From: Opitutales bacterium
Lineage (GTDB): Bacteria > Verrucomicrobiota > Verrucomicrobiia > Opitutales > UBA2987
DNA length: 64,000 nucleotides
Assembly (NCBI GenBank): GCA_965226885.1
Contig: CBDDEL010000014.1
Location: 480,001-544,000 of the forward strand
Direction: 5' to 3'
Positions 29,717 to 39,234 of this stretch are shown here, piece by piece. The notes below the pieces were generated by a model. The model did no database searches, was not told the DNA's origin, and saw only the letters and a program-made list of their open reading frames with translations. Position numbers and translations under genes: made by a program. Positions within the stretch are counted from its first letter, which is position 1; each line of letters opens with the position of its first letter.

Positions 29717-32482
29717 TTAATTTGTTGGCAGTCCAGCAGGGACGCTGAACAGACTGCCATCGTCGAGCCTTTGGAAAAAACGACTGCCGGGCGTGTTGTC
29801 GCTGAAGGTAAAGATCCAGCCTATCTCGGGCCCGAAAAGGTATATCCACCGATAAGCGGCCTCATTTACAAATATCCAGTTGTTTAAGCCCAGATCAAAT
29901 AAGAATATCACATCCACAGTACTGCCTGAATCGAGAAACTGCCAGCTGTGCTCGTCGTGGAAAATCCAGGGCAGGAAATCCACATTGTAGTTCAGATACC
30001 AGGAGGAGGCCTTCCATCCCGGGAACCCGGTAATATCGACGCCGCCGAACACGTCCAGTGCGATGGCTCCATTGCCCGGGAAGGCTGTGCCATCGAGCCT
30101 GCGTCCAGGAGAAAAGAACTCGAATGCAGTAGAAACATCAAAATGCAAAGCGCCGAAATCACCCGTAATATCCGGATCGCGCGTTATACTCATGCTTTGA
30201 TCGGCAATATCAATATTGTAGGATACAGTGTCCTCTTCGAAGCCAAACGGCGTTTTCAAGGCAATGATTCCTCCGTCACCGGTGGGAAGGTTGACACCAT
30301 TTCCTCCACGGTTGGCGAGTTGAATGAGCGCGTTCCCAAAAATCTCAGAGGGGGCTGCGTTCATCGCGGCGACATCTCCGTCGCCAAAAATAACAATCGA
30401 TCCATTGGGCGCAAGCACAGTGGGATTGGGGAAGACGTGCACGAGTTCAGCGCCTCTAAGATTTACATCATAATAGGCGTCCAATTGCCAGTCGCCCAAG
30501 TTGACCTGGCTATCGGACGCATTGACGATTTCGATGAATAAATCCGCGACCGGTTCTTCAATGATACCATTGTTATTGGGGTCCGCGCCGGTTCCGACCA
30601 CAGAGGAGAGAGCCTCATTGATGACTAGGTCGAAAGTGTCCTCGCTCACATCGGTAACGGTCAGACGCGCCACATCCGGGAATATCCCTGAGGCGCCGGC
30701 AAACAGACGCACTAGGCGATCGCCGTCGAGAACACCATCATTGACTGGCGTAATGGTGATCGTCGCTCCCGCTTCTGTTACCGTAAGGGATGATGGTTCG
30801 ATAGTCACTTCATCAGCATTTTCCCCACTGACAAAGATGTTGATCAGCTCGCTACCAGCACTTTCCAAGGTCAACGTCGCGGTGATGGCGTCGCCATCTT
30901 CAGTGACGGTAACTTCGAGGACATTGATGATTACTTTATTCGTGAAGTCTTCCCAGGTCGATCCATCGTTGCGAACCCCCGGGGTGAAGATCGCGCCTCC
31001 TTCACCGGTAATGGTTTGGATATCCACGACGGCGCCGTCTACCTCGTTGGCGAGGACCCCGGAGCGTTCACTCGTCCCGACTTCACCCTCGTAAGTAAAG
31101 CTGGTAACGGGAGCGCCGCCAACTCCGCCGGCCACCAGAGTCATCGTATCTCCCTCAGTACTCGGGCCGATATTGCCGGTGGAGGCAGTCAACACAATGG
31201 CGCCTCCGAAAACACCCGTGGGGTCACCGCCGCCAAAGACGACAACCGCCTGTCCTGGGTTCAGGACCGTGCCCTCGGGCATAATGTGACGGGGGCCCAG
31301 ATTGTCCGTCACGGGCCATCCCGAGACATCGACCGCGAAATCCTCCAGGTTAACAATTTCAACAAACTCGTCATTGGTGTTATGCGCAACGCCGTCCTGG
31401 TTGGAATCGGTTTCCGGAAAATCCCGATTCGGCGTGGGATAAACCTCGGTCATAACAAGGTTGGGCTTGTTCCCAAAATTGAGTATGGTTACCTGCGGCG
31501 CTTCGCGGGCAAAGCCGGGGGCTGAAACAAAGATGAAAACCAGTTCGTCGCCATCGAATCGTCCATCATTTATAACATCGACAGGAAGGCTGAAACTGGT
31601 CTGCCCTTCAGGTATAACGATTTCGGAAGGGATATCCAACTCGCTGTCATCGGCATCCGAATCGGATAAGCTCACGGTTAATCCCCCGGCGGGGGCCGCT
31701 TGCCCCAAATTGAAATCGATCGTAAATCCGCCGGCTCCGGAAGTCTCCGGCAAGGTAACCGCACTGGTCGAAAGACCGAGGGAGGCCAAACCGGATTGGC
31801 CGGTGATAACGATATTATCGATAGCATAATTTTCAGTACTTCCGTTGGCATTGACGAAGATGCGGAACTGCATCGTATCGCCGATGGCAAAGATATCCCA
31901 CGAGTACTCGACGAATGTCCGCGTCACGCGAGGGTTTGTGTTCGGAGGCAAGGTGCGCAAATCCCCGACAAAAAACCGTCCCGGGGAGTTCGTGTAAGTC
32001 CCGCGAAAACCTCCCATCGTCAGCCATTCTCCTCCATCTATTCTATACTGCAGCGCTATTACGTTATCAAACTCGACTTCATTGGCCATCTGACCGAAGG
32101 CCGCTGTGAGCACAAAATTTGCAACACCGGAAATACTGAATGGCTCCCAGGTGACCCGTCCTTCGTCCGCTTGCAGGTCACCAACGGCGGTGCCGTCGCC
32201 ATCCATATCCCTGGCGCCCCAGAACCAATCTCCGTCGATGGCGCCTCCGCGGACAAGGTTCCCGATGGAAGTTTCCTCGCGGCGATTAAAATAGTCGTTT
32301 TCTCCATCGTCACTTGGGTTTTCAACCGTGTAGCGGCCATCGCCGGTGGCAGAGCTTCCGTCGGTTTCAAAGCTTTCTGAGAAGACTACTACTTGTGCCA
32401 TTAGATTCGGATTGAATCCAAGACTGATCAGCATGGCGGCGAGGCCAAGCAGATGATTAATTCTTAACTTTTTTTGTTTCAT
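29717..32482 (-). CDS. Secreted acidic protein with two lamin-tail domains, Calx-beta-like modules and a Trp-rich C-terminal domain
   Basis: LVMTEV..DEFVEIVN...VDVSGW and LVINE..FIEIVN...VNLGDW; VINDGRFDGDE and VNDGVLDGDR. Confidence 0.75.
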   Translation of the reverse strand: MKQKKLRINHLLGLAAMLISLGFNPNLMAQVVVFSESFETDGSSATGDGRYTVENPSDDGENDYFNRREETSIGNLVRGGAIDGDWFWGARDMDGDGTAVGDLQADEGRVTWEPFSISGVANFVLTAAFGQMANEVEFDNVIALQYRIDGGEWLTMGGFRGTYTNSPGRFFVGDLRTLPPNTNPRVTRTFVEYSWDIFAIGDTMQFRIFVNANGSTENYAIDNIVITGQSGLASLGLSTSAVTLPETSGAGGFTIDFNLGQAAPAGGLTVSLSDSDADDSELDIPSEIVIPEGQTSFSLPVDVINDGRFDGDELVFIFVSAPGFAREAPQVTILNFGNKPNLVMTEVYPTPNRDFPETDSNQDGVAHNTNDEFVEIVNLEDFAVDVSGWPVTDNLGPRHIMPEGTVLNPGQAVVVFGGGDPTGVFGGAIVLTASTGNIGPSTEGDTMTLVAGGVGGAPVTSFTYEGEVGTSERSGVLANEVDGAVVDIQTITGEGGAIFTPGVRNDGSTWEDFTNKVIINVLEVTVTEDGDAITATLTLESAGSELINIFVSGENADEVTIEPSSLTVTEAGATITITPVNDGVLDGDRLVRLFAGASGIFPDVARLTVTDVSEDTFDLVINEALSSVVGTGADPNNNGIIEEPVADLFIEIVNASDSQVNLGDWQLDAYYDVNLRGAELVHVFPNPTVLAPNGSIVIFGDGDVAAMNAAPSEIFGNALIQLANRGGNGVNLPTGDGGIIALKTPFGFEEDTVSYNIDIADQSMSITRDPDITGDFGALHFDVSTAFEFFSPGRRLDGTAFPGNGAIALDVFGGVDITGFPGWKASSWYLNYNVDFLPWIFHDEHSWQFLDSGSTVDVIFLFDLGLNNWIFVNEAAYRWIYLFGPEIGWIFTFSDNTPGSRFFQRLDDGSLFSVPAGLPTN

Positions 32483-32511
32483 AGTGATTTTGGGGTTAGA
32501 TTAAGTTTTGG

Positions 32512-35500
32512 TTAAAGTGAAAATTTTACTCCGATAAAGTAGATGGGCTCGGTGAATCGGATGGAAGCAAGTCGCGAAGGAACGCCATGGAATTTTTCCA
32601 AAGGCTCGTTCGAAATATTGGTGCCTTCAACAAACACAACCATCCAGTTGAAGGGGCGGTATTCCACGAGGAGGTCTAAACGCGAGAAATCGTTAACCCA
32701 GGTATCCAGGCTGTTGGCCGGAAGTTTCAGTTTGTTTTCAAGATCCACTATGAAATCACCGGCCACAATCGAATCATCCAGGTATTTTCCGCGGAAGACC
32801 CAGCTTAATCTCACAAAAAACTTATACTTCTCATAGGACAGGGATACGTTGGCTATTTTATCGGACTGGAGGAAGAGAGGGACTTTTTCTCCCTCTCGTT
32901 GCTCCGCCAACAGTTCAACCTCGGAATCAACAAAGGTGGCGTTTGCCTGGAGCCCGAACCCATCGAAGGGAGAGGGTAGTTTCGTGAAGCGTTTTTCGAA
33001 GCTGATCTCAAACCCTGTAAGCTTGCCGGCGCCTGCATTGGTCCTGCGCTCGGTATTCCATTCAGGCGACTCCAGCGGGTTTGAGAAATAGCGTGCGGTC
33101 AACTCCTGGGCAAGAGGATCAGCCGGGCCCAAAGTTCGGACCTCATCGTAAACGGGGCCATCGAGTTTCTTGTGAAAAGCGGCCACGCTGAACAGGCCAA
33201 AACTCTTGAAATAGTAACTGAGGGAAGCATCAAAATTAACCGATGTCATCGGTTTCAATTCAAAGGCGGGAAGCTCCGCGTTGTCTGTGAACCGGGCGCC
33301 CGAAATATCGACGATTTCCCGCGGAACCAGATCCGTGTATTTGGGGCGCGCAATCGTCTTCGTAATAGCTGCCCGGGCTACCCAGTTGTCTCCAATTCGA
33401 CGGTTAACGTGAAAGGCATACAGCGCATTATCATAGGTGCGCTCGCTCTTAATGCTTCGGAGTACGGATTCCTCTCCAAAATTATTGAATAAACTACTCC
33501 AGAATCTCGGTTGGATAAACTGGAATGAAGCCGGCAAAATCGCTTGAACATCCTCGGGGAGTTCATCCCGATGCGTATTGACTCTATTCGTGGTGAATGT
33601 GTTTTTCGTTTGTTCCCAGCGAAAGCCGACGATAAATTCCCAGTCTTTCCAGTTCAGCGTCTGCATCAGATAGGCGGCCGTAATATTTTCTTCGGCTTCA
33701 AAATTTTTCAGGATGGCATCGGTTATAGCCAGGGTCAGGTCATCGTCGGTTTGAACAAACTTAATATCACCGGAGTCGCCAATAAAGGCCTGTGTTGCCG
33801 CCGCATCGAACTTGGGGCCGAACGGGTAATCCTCAACATCGCCATAATCAGGAAGAAATCCGGAAAGCTCCCCCCCGAAAAAAGGCTCATCGGCAAGCGT
33901 GAGAACGCCCTGGCCACCTGTATCCACCCGGCTGAATTGATTGAAGTCTCTAACGAATGCCTTGTCGCGAATATCGACCGCCCAACCCGCTTTCGTTTTC
34001 CATTGCAGTCCGAACCAGTTACTTTCCAGTTTGACATTGATTTCCGCCCCCGACCGTTTATCGTTGCTCATGAAGAAGTTGTTCTCAATTGAGCCCAGAT
34101 TCGAATTGAAGCCCTCATTATCCGAAATGCGGAATACTTCAGTGTTGCTCAGTTTATCACCTTTATCTCTTATGACCGGCCGCCCGTCCACAACCATAAT
34201 TCTTAAATCAAAATCTTCTGCTTCAAGTTGAAGCTGGCGCTCATTCCAGTTCTTATCAGCCTCCGATCGATAAACCATATAATCGATCGATAGAGCGTCC
34301 GAAAGCTGATGCTCGCCTCCAGCCTGGTAGGTCAGGATACTGTCTTCGGTCACCGTCGTTTGCAGGGTCTTCTGGGCATCGCTCTCCTGGTCAATTGAAG
34401 TGTAAGTCTGGGATTCTTCATCGTAGGCAATCGTCCCCAGTTGAATGGCTTCATCAAGGGACAGTCGGCGCTCTTCAAGACTGCCCCCCTCTACCCGGGC
34501 CTTGATTTCAGGATCGTTCAAGTCATAGCCCAGGGCCAGCGCGCGCTCCTCCGTCAGAGTGGCCGCTCCGGTGTAGGCTTCCCCTGAGTTGGTCGGGTTG
34601 AGGTGGGTTTCCTGTAATACCTCGTCATCATCAAACTGATTATACGAAACCGAGGCAAACCAGCGGTGGTTTTCATTGAGTTCAAATTCAAATTTGGAAC
34701 TGATTCCTCTCCGCTCTCGTTTGATAAGGAAGTCTTCAAGTTGCGTCCCCTCGAGCACAAATCCCCGTTTCGGCGATTTCAATTCCGGGTTGGCATCAGG
34801 ATTCCAGCCATCCGTCCTGAGGGTGTCCGAACCTCGATTATCTTCGCTCCAGTTATACGAAAGCGAAAGACCGATTCTCTTCTTCTCCCCCCATGAATTG
34901 CTATAGGTGGCGCTCAACCGACGGCTGCTCTCTTCAGAAGTCTCATATTGTCCCCCCGCGTATTCAAACCCGATATGTGATCCCTCCCGGTCTAGGGCGC
35001 TCCGGGTGACCAGATTGACCGAGCCGCCTATAAAGTGCGCCCAATCATCGGGCAGCCAGGTTTTCTGAACTTCGATCCGTTCCAACTGATCGATTGATAT
35101 GATATTCAATCCGGTGGATCGTCCATCTTCCTCCGGTGTCGCCGAGACCACCCCGTCCACAGAAATCGTATTGAGGGACGGATCGGCTCCGCGAATAATG
35201 ACAAATTTGCCCTCTCCCTGGTCCTGCTGCACCGAAAGGCCAACAACTCGTTGAAGGGCTTCTGCCGGATTGCGGTCGACGAATTGACCGAATGCATCCG
35301 AAGCAATAATCTCTGTTAAATTAGATGCGGCCTTCTTTTGATTGAAGGCCTTCGCTTGCCCAGTCCTTGTTCCTGTTACCTCAAACCCTTCCAATTCAAT
35401 TATTTGTTCCTTCGGCATGGTCACGAAAACCGATAATCTCTCTTCTTCAGCGCTGACCTCGACCGATTCGGTGTAGTTCGAATAACCTATGTATTTCACT

Positions 35501-35718
35501 ACCAATTGGTATCTCCCCGGATCTATGCCTCTAAAAACAAAGCTGCCCCCCCGCTGGGTTTGTACGGTTCTCCCAAGCTCCACCAACCTTACTTCTGCTC
35601 CTTGCAGATAGTTGTTCCCGTCTGGATCCATCACCCGTCCGCGTATCTCTGCGGCTTCAGAAATGCTCCAGATCCCCAATATTCCCGCGATGAATACATT
35701 TAAATATTTATGATACAT
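32512..35718 (-). CDS. TonB-dependent outer-membrane receptor with N-terminal carboxypeptidase-regulatory-like domain
   Basis: DRNPAEALQRVVGLS..DQGEG, IIRGADP, LERIEVQKT, IGGSVNL, NISNEP, terminal GVKFSL. Confidence 0.92.
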   Translation of the reverse strand: MYHKYLNVFIAGILGIWSISEAAEIRGRVMDPDGNNYLQGAEVRLVELGRTVQTQRGGSFVFRGIDPGRYQLVVKYIGYSNYTESVEVSAEEERLSVFVTMPKEQIIELEGFEVTGTRTGQAKAFNQKKAASNLTEIIASDAFGQFVDRNPAEALQRVVGLSVQQDQGEGKFVIIRGADPSLNTISVDGVVSATPEEDGRSTGLNIISIDQLERIEVQKTWLPDDWAHFIGGSVNLVTRSALDREGSHIGFEYAGGQYETSEESSRRLSATYSNSWGEKKRIGLSLSYNWSEDNRGSDTLRTDGWNPDANPELKSPKRGFVLEGTQLEDFLIKRERRGISSKFEFELNENHRWFASVSYNQFDDDEVLQETHLNPTNSGEAYTGAATLTEERALALGYDLNDPEIKARVEGGSLEERRLSLDEAIQLGTIAYDEESQTYTSIDQESDAQKTLQTTVTEDSILTYQAGGEHQLSDALSIDYMVYRSEADKNWNERQLQLEAEDFDLRIMVVDGRPVIRDKGDKLSNTEVFRISDNEGFNSNLGSIENNFFMSNDKRSGAEINVKLESNWFGLQWKTKAGWAVDIRDKAFVRDFNQFSRVDTGGQGVLTLADEPFFGGELSGFLPDYGDVEDYPFGPKFDAAATQAFIGDSGDIKFVQTDDDLTLAITDAILKNFEAEENITAAYLMQTLNWKDWEFIVGFRWEQTKNTFTTNRVNTHRDELPEDVQAILPASFQFIQPRFWSSLFNNFGEESVLRSIKSERTYDNALYAFHVNRRIGDNWVARAAITKTIARPKYTDLVPREIVDISGARFTDNAELPAFELKPMTSVNFDASLSYYFKSFGLFSVAAFHKKLDGPVYDEVRTLGPADPLAQELTARYFSNPLESPEWNTERRTNAGAGKLTGFEISFEKRFTKLPSPFDGFGLQANATFVDSEVELLAEQREGEKVPLFLQSDKIANVSLSYEKYKFFVRLSWVFRGKYLDDSIVAGDFIVDLENKLKLPANSLDTWVNDFSRLDLLVEYRPFNWMVVFVEGTNISNEPLEKFHGVPSRLASIRFTEPIYFIGVKFSL

Positions 35719-35784
35719 ATCTAGATATCACAATATCACATATAGATAATAAATAACTATAAATTATTATATATATATACATTG

Positions 35785-35900
35785 GATTCGATTGATTCGA
35801 TTGATTCGATTCGCATGATTCGCATCACGCTATGTCAACATTGATTCGCATCACGCTATGTCAACATTAAAGATTCGCATCACGCTATGTCAACATTAAA
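35785..35900. repeat. Nested tandem duplications that all start at GATTC (units 9, 9, 5, 9, 26, 29, 29 bp)
   Basis: Direct parse of the sequence. Confidence 0.9.
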
Positions 35901-35942
35901 TGATTTTTTTGCTTTTGCTTTTCTGATTATATACATGCACAT

Positions 35943-35980
35943 GCTCAGCTGCTCAGCTGCTCAGCTGCTCAGCTCAGCAT
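35943..35980. repeat. (GCTCAGCT)x3-GCTCA-GCTCAGCAT nested tandem repeat
   Basis: Direct parse of the sequence. Confidence 0.9.
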
Positions 35981-36237
35981 AAGTATTTCTTATGCAACTC
36001 TGTGTCTGGGCAAATTCTGGGCAAATGGATAATTGTTCGCGGCTTCACCATTTCCCAGGCCAGGATTTGATCCCATTTGTAAACGCCGGGATGAAACCGG
36101 TACGGGGGTCGGGGTAAAACCGGTACGCTTGGAATAAGGTTTAGGTTAGTAATTGCAGGTACGTCAAGGTTTAGGGTTTGGGAGTTGGTTTTGGGGATTG
36201 GCTTGGGGTCGGTGAGGAGGCCGGAGGCCGACGAGCC

Positions 36238-36281
36238 GGGCCCAAGGCGGGCCCAAGGCGGGCCCAAGGTGGGCCCAAGGT
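36238..36281. repeat. 11-bp unit GGGCCCAAGG(C/T) x4 inside IS21 copy 1
   Basis: Single unit at the equivalent site of copy 2 (near 46163-46173). Confidence 0.9.
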
Positions 36282-36283
36282 GT

Positions 36284-37051
36284 TTATTGTTTTGGGCCAC
36301 GGCGACGGCGTCGAGCATCGCGCAAGCGGTAGCTTTGCCCGTTGGCTTCGAGGATATGCACCCGATGGGTGAGTCGGTCCAGCAGAGCTCCGGTGAGCCG
36401 TTCGGAACCGAGCACTTCGATCCAGTTCTCAAAGGGCAGGTTGGTGGTGACGATGAGACTGGTGCGCTCGTAAGCGCGGCTGACCACGTCGAAGAGCAGT
36501 TCGGAACCGGTCTTGGAAAAAGGGACGTAACCGAGTTCGTCGAGGATGAGTAGGTCGAGCCTTTCGAGTTGCTTCATGAAGCGCTGCAGGTCGTGGTTGT
36601 CGCGTTGCTCGAGCATATGGGTAACCAGGGCGGTGACCCCGAAGAAACGGATCCGCCGGCCCTGGGCACAGGCGGCAAAGCCCAGGGCGGTGGCCAGGTG
36701 CGTTTTACCGGTACCGGCGTTACCGAGGAGCAGCACGTTTTCGCGCTGGTCGACATACTCCCCGCGCATGAGCTCTCGGATGAGCGCTTCGTTGATCGAG
36801 GGCTGCGCTTCAAAGGCGAAGCTCTCGAGGGTCTTGAGCACGGGGAAACGGGCGTTTTTGATCCGCCGCTGGGCGGCCCGCTGTTCGCGTTCAATGAGCT
36901 CCCGTTCGACCAGATGCAACAAAAAGGCGGCGTAATCGAGCCGGTCCCGGGAACAAGCCGCGGCCACCGCCGGCCATTCGCGCAGGATGGTGGGCAACTT
37001 CAGTTTCTTGAGGTGATGGTGTAACAGCAGCTGGTTTTTTTCTTCCTTCAT
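36284..37051 (-). CDS. istB: IS21 helper ATPase
   Basis: GNAGTGKT, LLILDELGY, TTNLPF, ALLDRLTH. Confidence 0.95.
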   Translation of the reverse strand: MKEEKNQLLLHHHLKKLKLPTILREWPAVAAACSRDRLDYAAFLLHLVERELIEREQRAAQRRIKNARFPVLKTLESFAFEAQPSINEALIRELMRGEYVDQRENVLLLGNAGTGKTHLATALGFAACAQGRRIRFFGVTALVTHMLEQRDNHDLQRFMKQLERLDLLILDELGYVPFSKTGSELLFDVVSRAYERTSLIVTTNLPFENWIEVLGSERLTGALLDRLTHRVHILEANGQSYRLRDARRRRRGPKQ

Positions 37052-38555
37052 AAAGCCCCTCCTGGAATCTTGAGCAGTTCGCTGTAGGCACCGAGGTCAG
37101 GGGCGGCCACACGGACGTGACGCAGGTGTGGATGGCCGTCCCCAGCCGGAAGGTTCTGCTCCCGTAGTCTTCCTGAGGATAGAGATACTGGGCGATGGCC
37201 TCACGAGTCAGTCCCCCCACCCGCAGGGCCGAGACGACGGCCTGCTGCAAGGCCGCCATGGGGTGTTTCTCCAACAGCCGCAGCACCCGGATATACTCCC
37301 GGGTGCCTTCGCCCCCGCATTGGCTTTCGAGCCGGCGTCTGAGGACCTGCAGGCACTGCGGCAACTGCCAGCCCGAGAGTGGGCGGGCGAAGTCCAAAGC
37401 GCCCGGTTTTTTCTCCAGCAAAGCCAGGTAGTGCACCGGCTCGAAAGAGACTTGCTCTTTATCCCAAATGCGGCGGTGCCGGGCCACCTCTTGGCCCCCA
37501 CAGAAGATCACCACCTGCCGACAGGACCCTTCCACCACCACCGGATGGTGGGCGCAGCGCACCGGCACCGAATAGTCGTTGCACTCGAAGCGCACCAGCG
37601 AGAGGCTGCTGACGCAGGTCGAGCGTTTGCGGCTCGCTTCAAAGGGTATGGGCGGCAACGGCAGCATGACGGCGCGCTCCTCGGCCAGCAGTTCCTTTTT
37701 CACCGCCCTTTTCCCGCGTAATTTACGCTCCATGTCCCGCTCACATGCCTCCAACAGCTTTGCGTTGAGTTCCTCCAGGTCCCGAACCTGCGGTACCGGT
37801 ACCAGGAAGTTGGCCCGGGCATAACGCACGATCCCCTCGACCACGCCCTTCGCGTTGGGCCGGGCGGGCAGACAGAAGTGTTCCTCGAACAGGTAATGGC
37901 TCTGTAGCTGCAGAAACCCGTCGGTCAGCTTGCGTTCACGCGAACCGATAATCTTACCCACCGCCACCTTCGAGTTGTCGTAGCTGATGCGCCGGGGCAC
38001 CGCCCCGAAAAACTCAAAAGCTCGCAGGTGCCCCTCCCAGAAGCTCTCCGTGCACTCCCGTTCGAACACCTGCACGAAAAAGGCATCGCTGTAGGGCAGG
38101 CTCATGGCAGAAAATGGCCGCCTACGCAATTGCCCCGCCTCCTTCACCAGGGCATGACCGAAGTCCACCTGTCCCTCCCCGGGGCGGTGCTCCAGCGGCA
38201 CGAACACTTCCCGCCGCCTCGCTCGCAGCTCGGCCACCACCTCCTTGACCGCCGTGTAGCCCCCTTGGTAGCCCTTCTCCCGACCCAAACGCTGGTAGAT
38301 CCGTTTGGCCGTATGGCGCTGCTTCTTGGGCACGTTCCGGTCCGCTTTGAGCACCTCCTCGATCCAGCCCACATACGGATCGATCTTGCGCTCTCGCCTC
38401 TTCTTGCGCCGGTATCCCGGCGGCTGGGAATAGGCCAGCATCTTTCCCAGGGTCTCCCAGTGCAGTCCCTCTTCTCGCATTACAGAGCGCTTGCTCTGCT
38501 TGTCCCGCAGCACTTTGTGCCGCACTCTTGTCCATTGCTTCATATCTCGATACAC
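37048..38555 (-). pseudogene. istA: IS21 transposase with a +2 frameshift near the C-terminus (about 37142)
   Basis: GQVDFG, ISYDN, KGVVE; CTGGGGACG versus CTGGACG in copy 2. Confidence 0.85.
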
Positions 38556-38858
38556 TCCTCCTTTCTAGGATAAGCGTACCGGTTTTAAAGCGCCCTCTTT
38601 ACCGTACCGGTTTTTCCCCGGCGTTTACACTTTGCAATCGGACCAATTGGACCAATTCGCGTAACCTCGACTAATAAGGAAGGCTTGTTTCGAATATTCG
38701 TGCAGGCGTCAAGTGCAGGCGTCAACCGAGTGACGAATTACTTCCTCATCTCTCAAAGATACAGGTGAACAGCAATGACTTGTTCTTACCTACGTTCTTA
38801 ATTTTGGTGAGCGATGAAGGTATGATTTCTAAGGCACTCAACAACAATAACTTAAAAA

Positions 38859-38943
38859 TGGTGCTCAGGGGGGGACTTGAACCCCCACACCTCTCGGCAT
38901 ACGCCCCTCAAGCGCACGTGTCTACCAATTCCACCACCTGAGC
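38859..38943 (-). tRNA. tRNA-Leu(GAG)
   Basis: GCTCAGG/CCTGAGC acceptor stem, GGAATTGGTAGAC D arm, anticodon loop TTGAGGG, long variable arm, GGTTCAAGTCC, encoded CCA. Confidence 0.95.
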
Positions 38944-39234
38944 TTCTACCTCGCGGCGCCTCTTTTTTTAAATCACTTGCTCCTGTCTTTGGGACAGGAC
39001 CGGCTTTTGTAAAGGCGCAGACGCAAAGGCATTTCACCAAAACATCAGCTCTGCCAATTTCAAGTCTTTTCTCGGCGGATGCCATAAAATGGAATAAACA
39101 GACCCCATTTTACTTCCAAATTCAAGACAGTTTCTACAAGGAATTATGCGTTGTCTGCGCTCTGAAGTCCTTCATGACCTGGACTTGACCTGGCGCTGTT
39201 TTTAAGGCTTTATCATCTGTTTGGAAAATGACTT

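Larger units (their letters stand above)
36078..38629 (-). mobile_element. IS21-family element copy 1
   Basis: TGTAAACGCCGGG...CCCGGCGTTTACA ends, repeated subterminal AAACCGGTACG boxes, istA-istB; no TSD. Confidence 0.92.

Noticed and set aside
35785..35900. CRISPR array (26-29 bp repeats)
   Set aside because: Units abut with no spacers and vary in length; no cas genes in the window
38852..39188. Short ORFs overlapping the tRNA
   Set aside because: Explained by tRNA-Leu; no protein motifs
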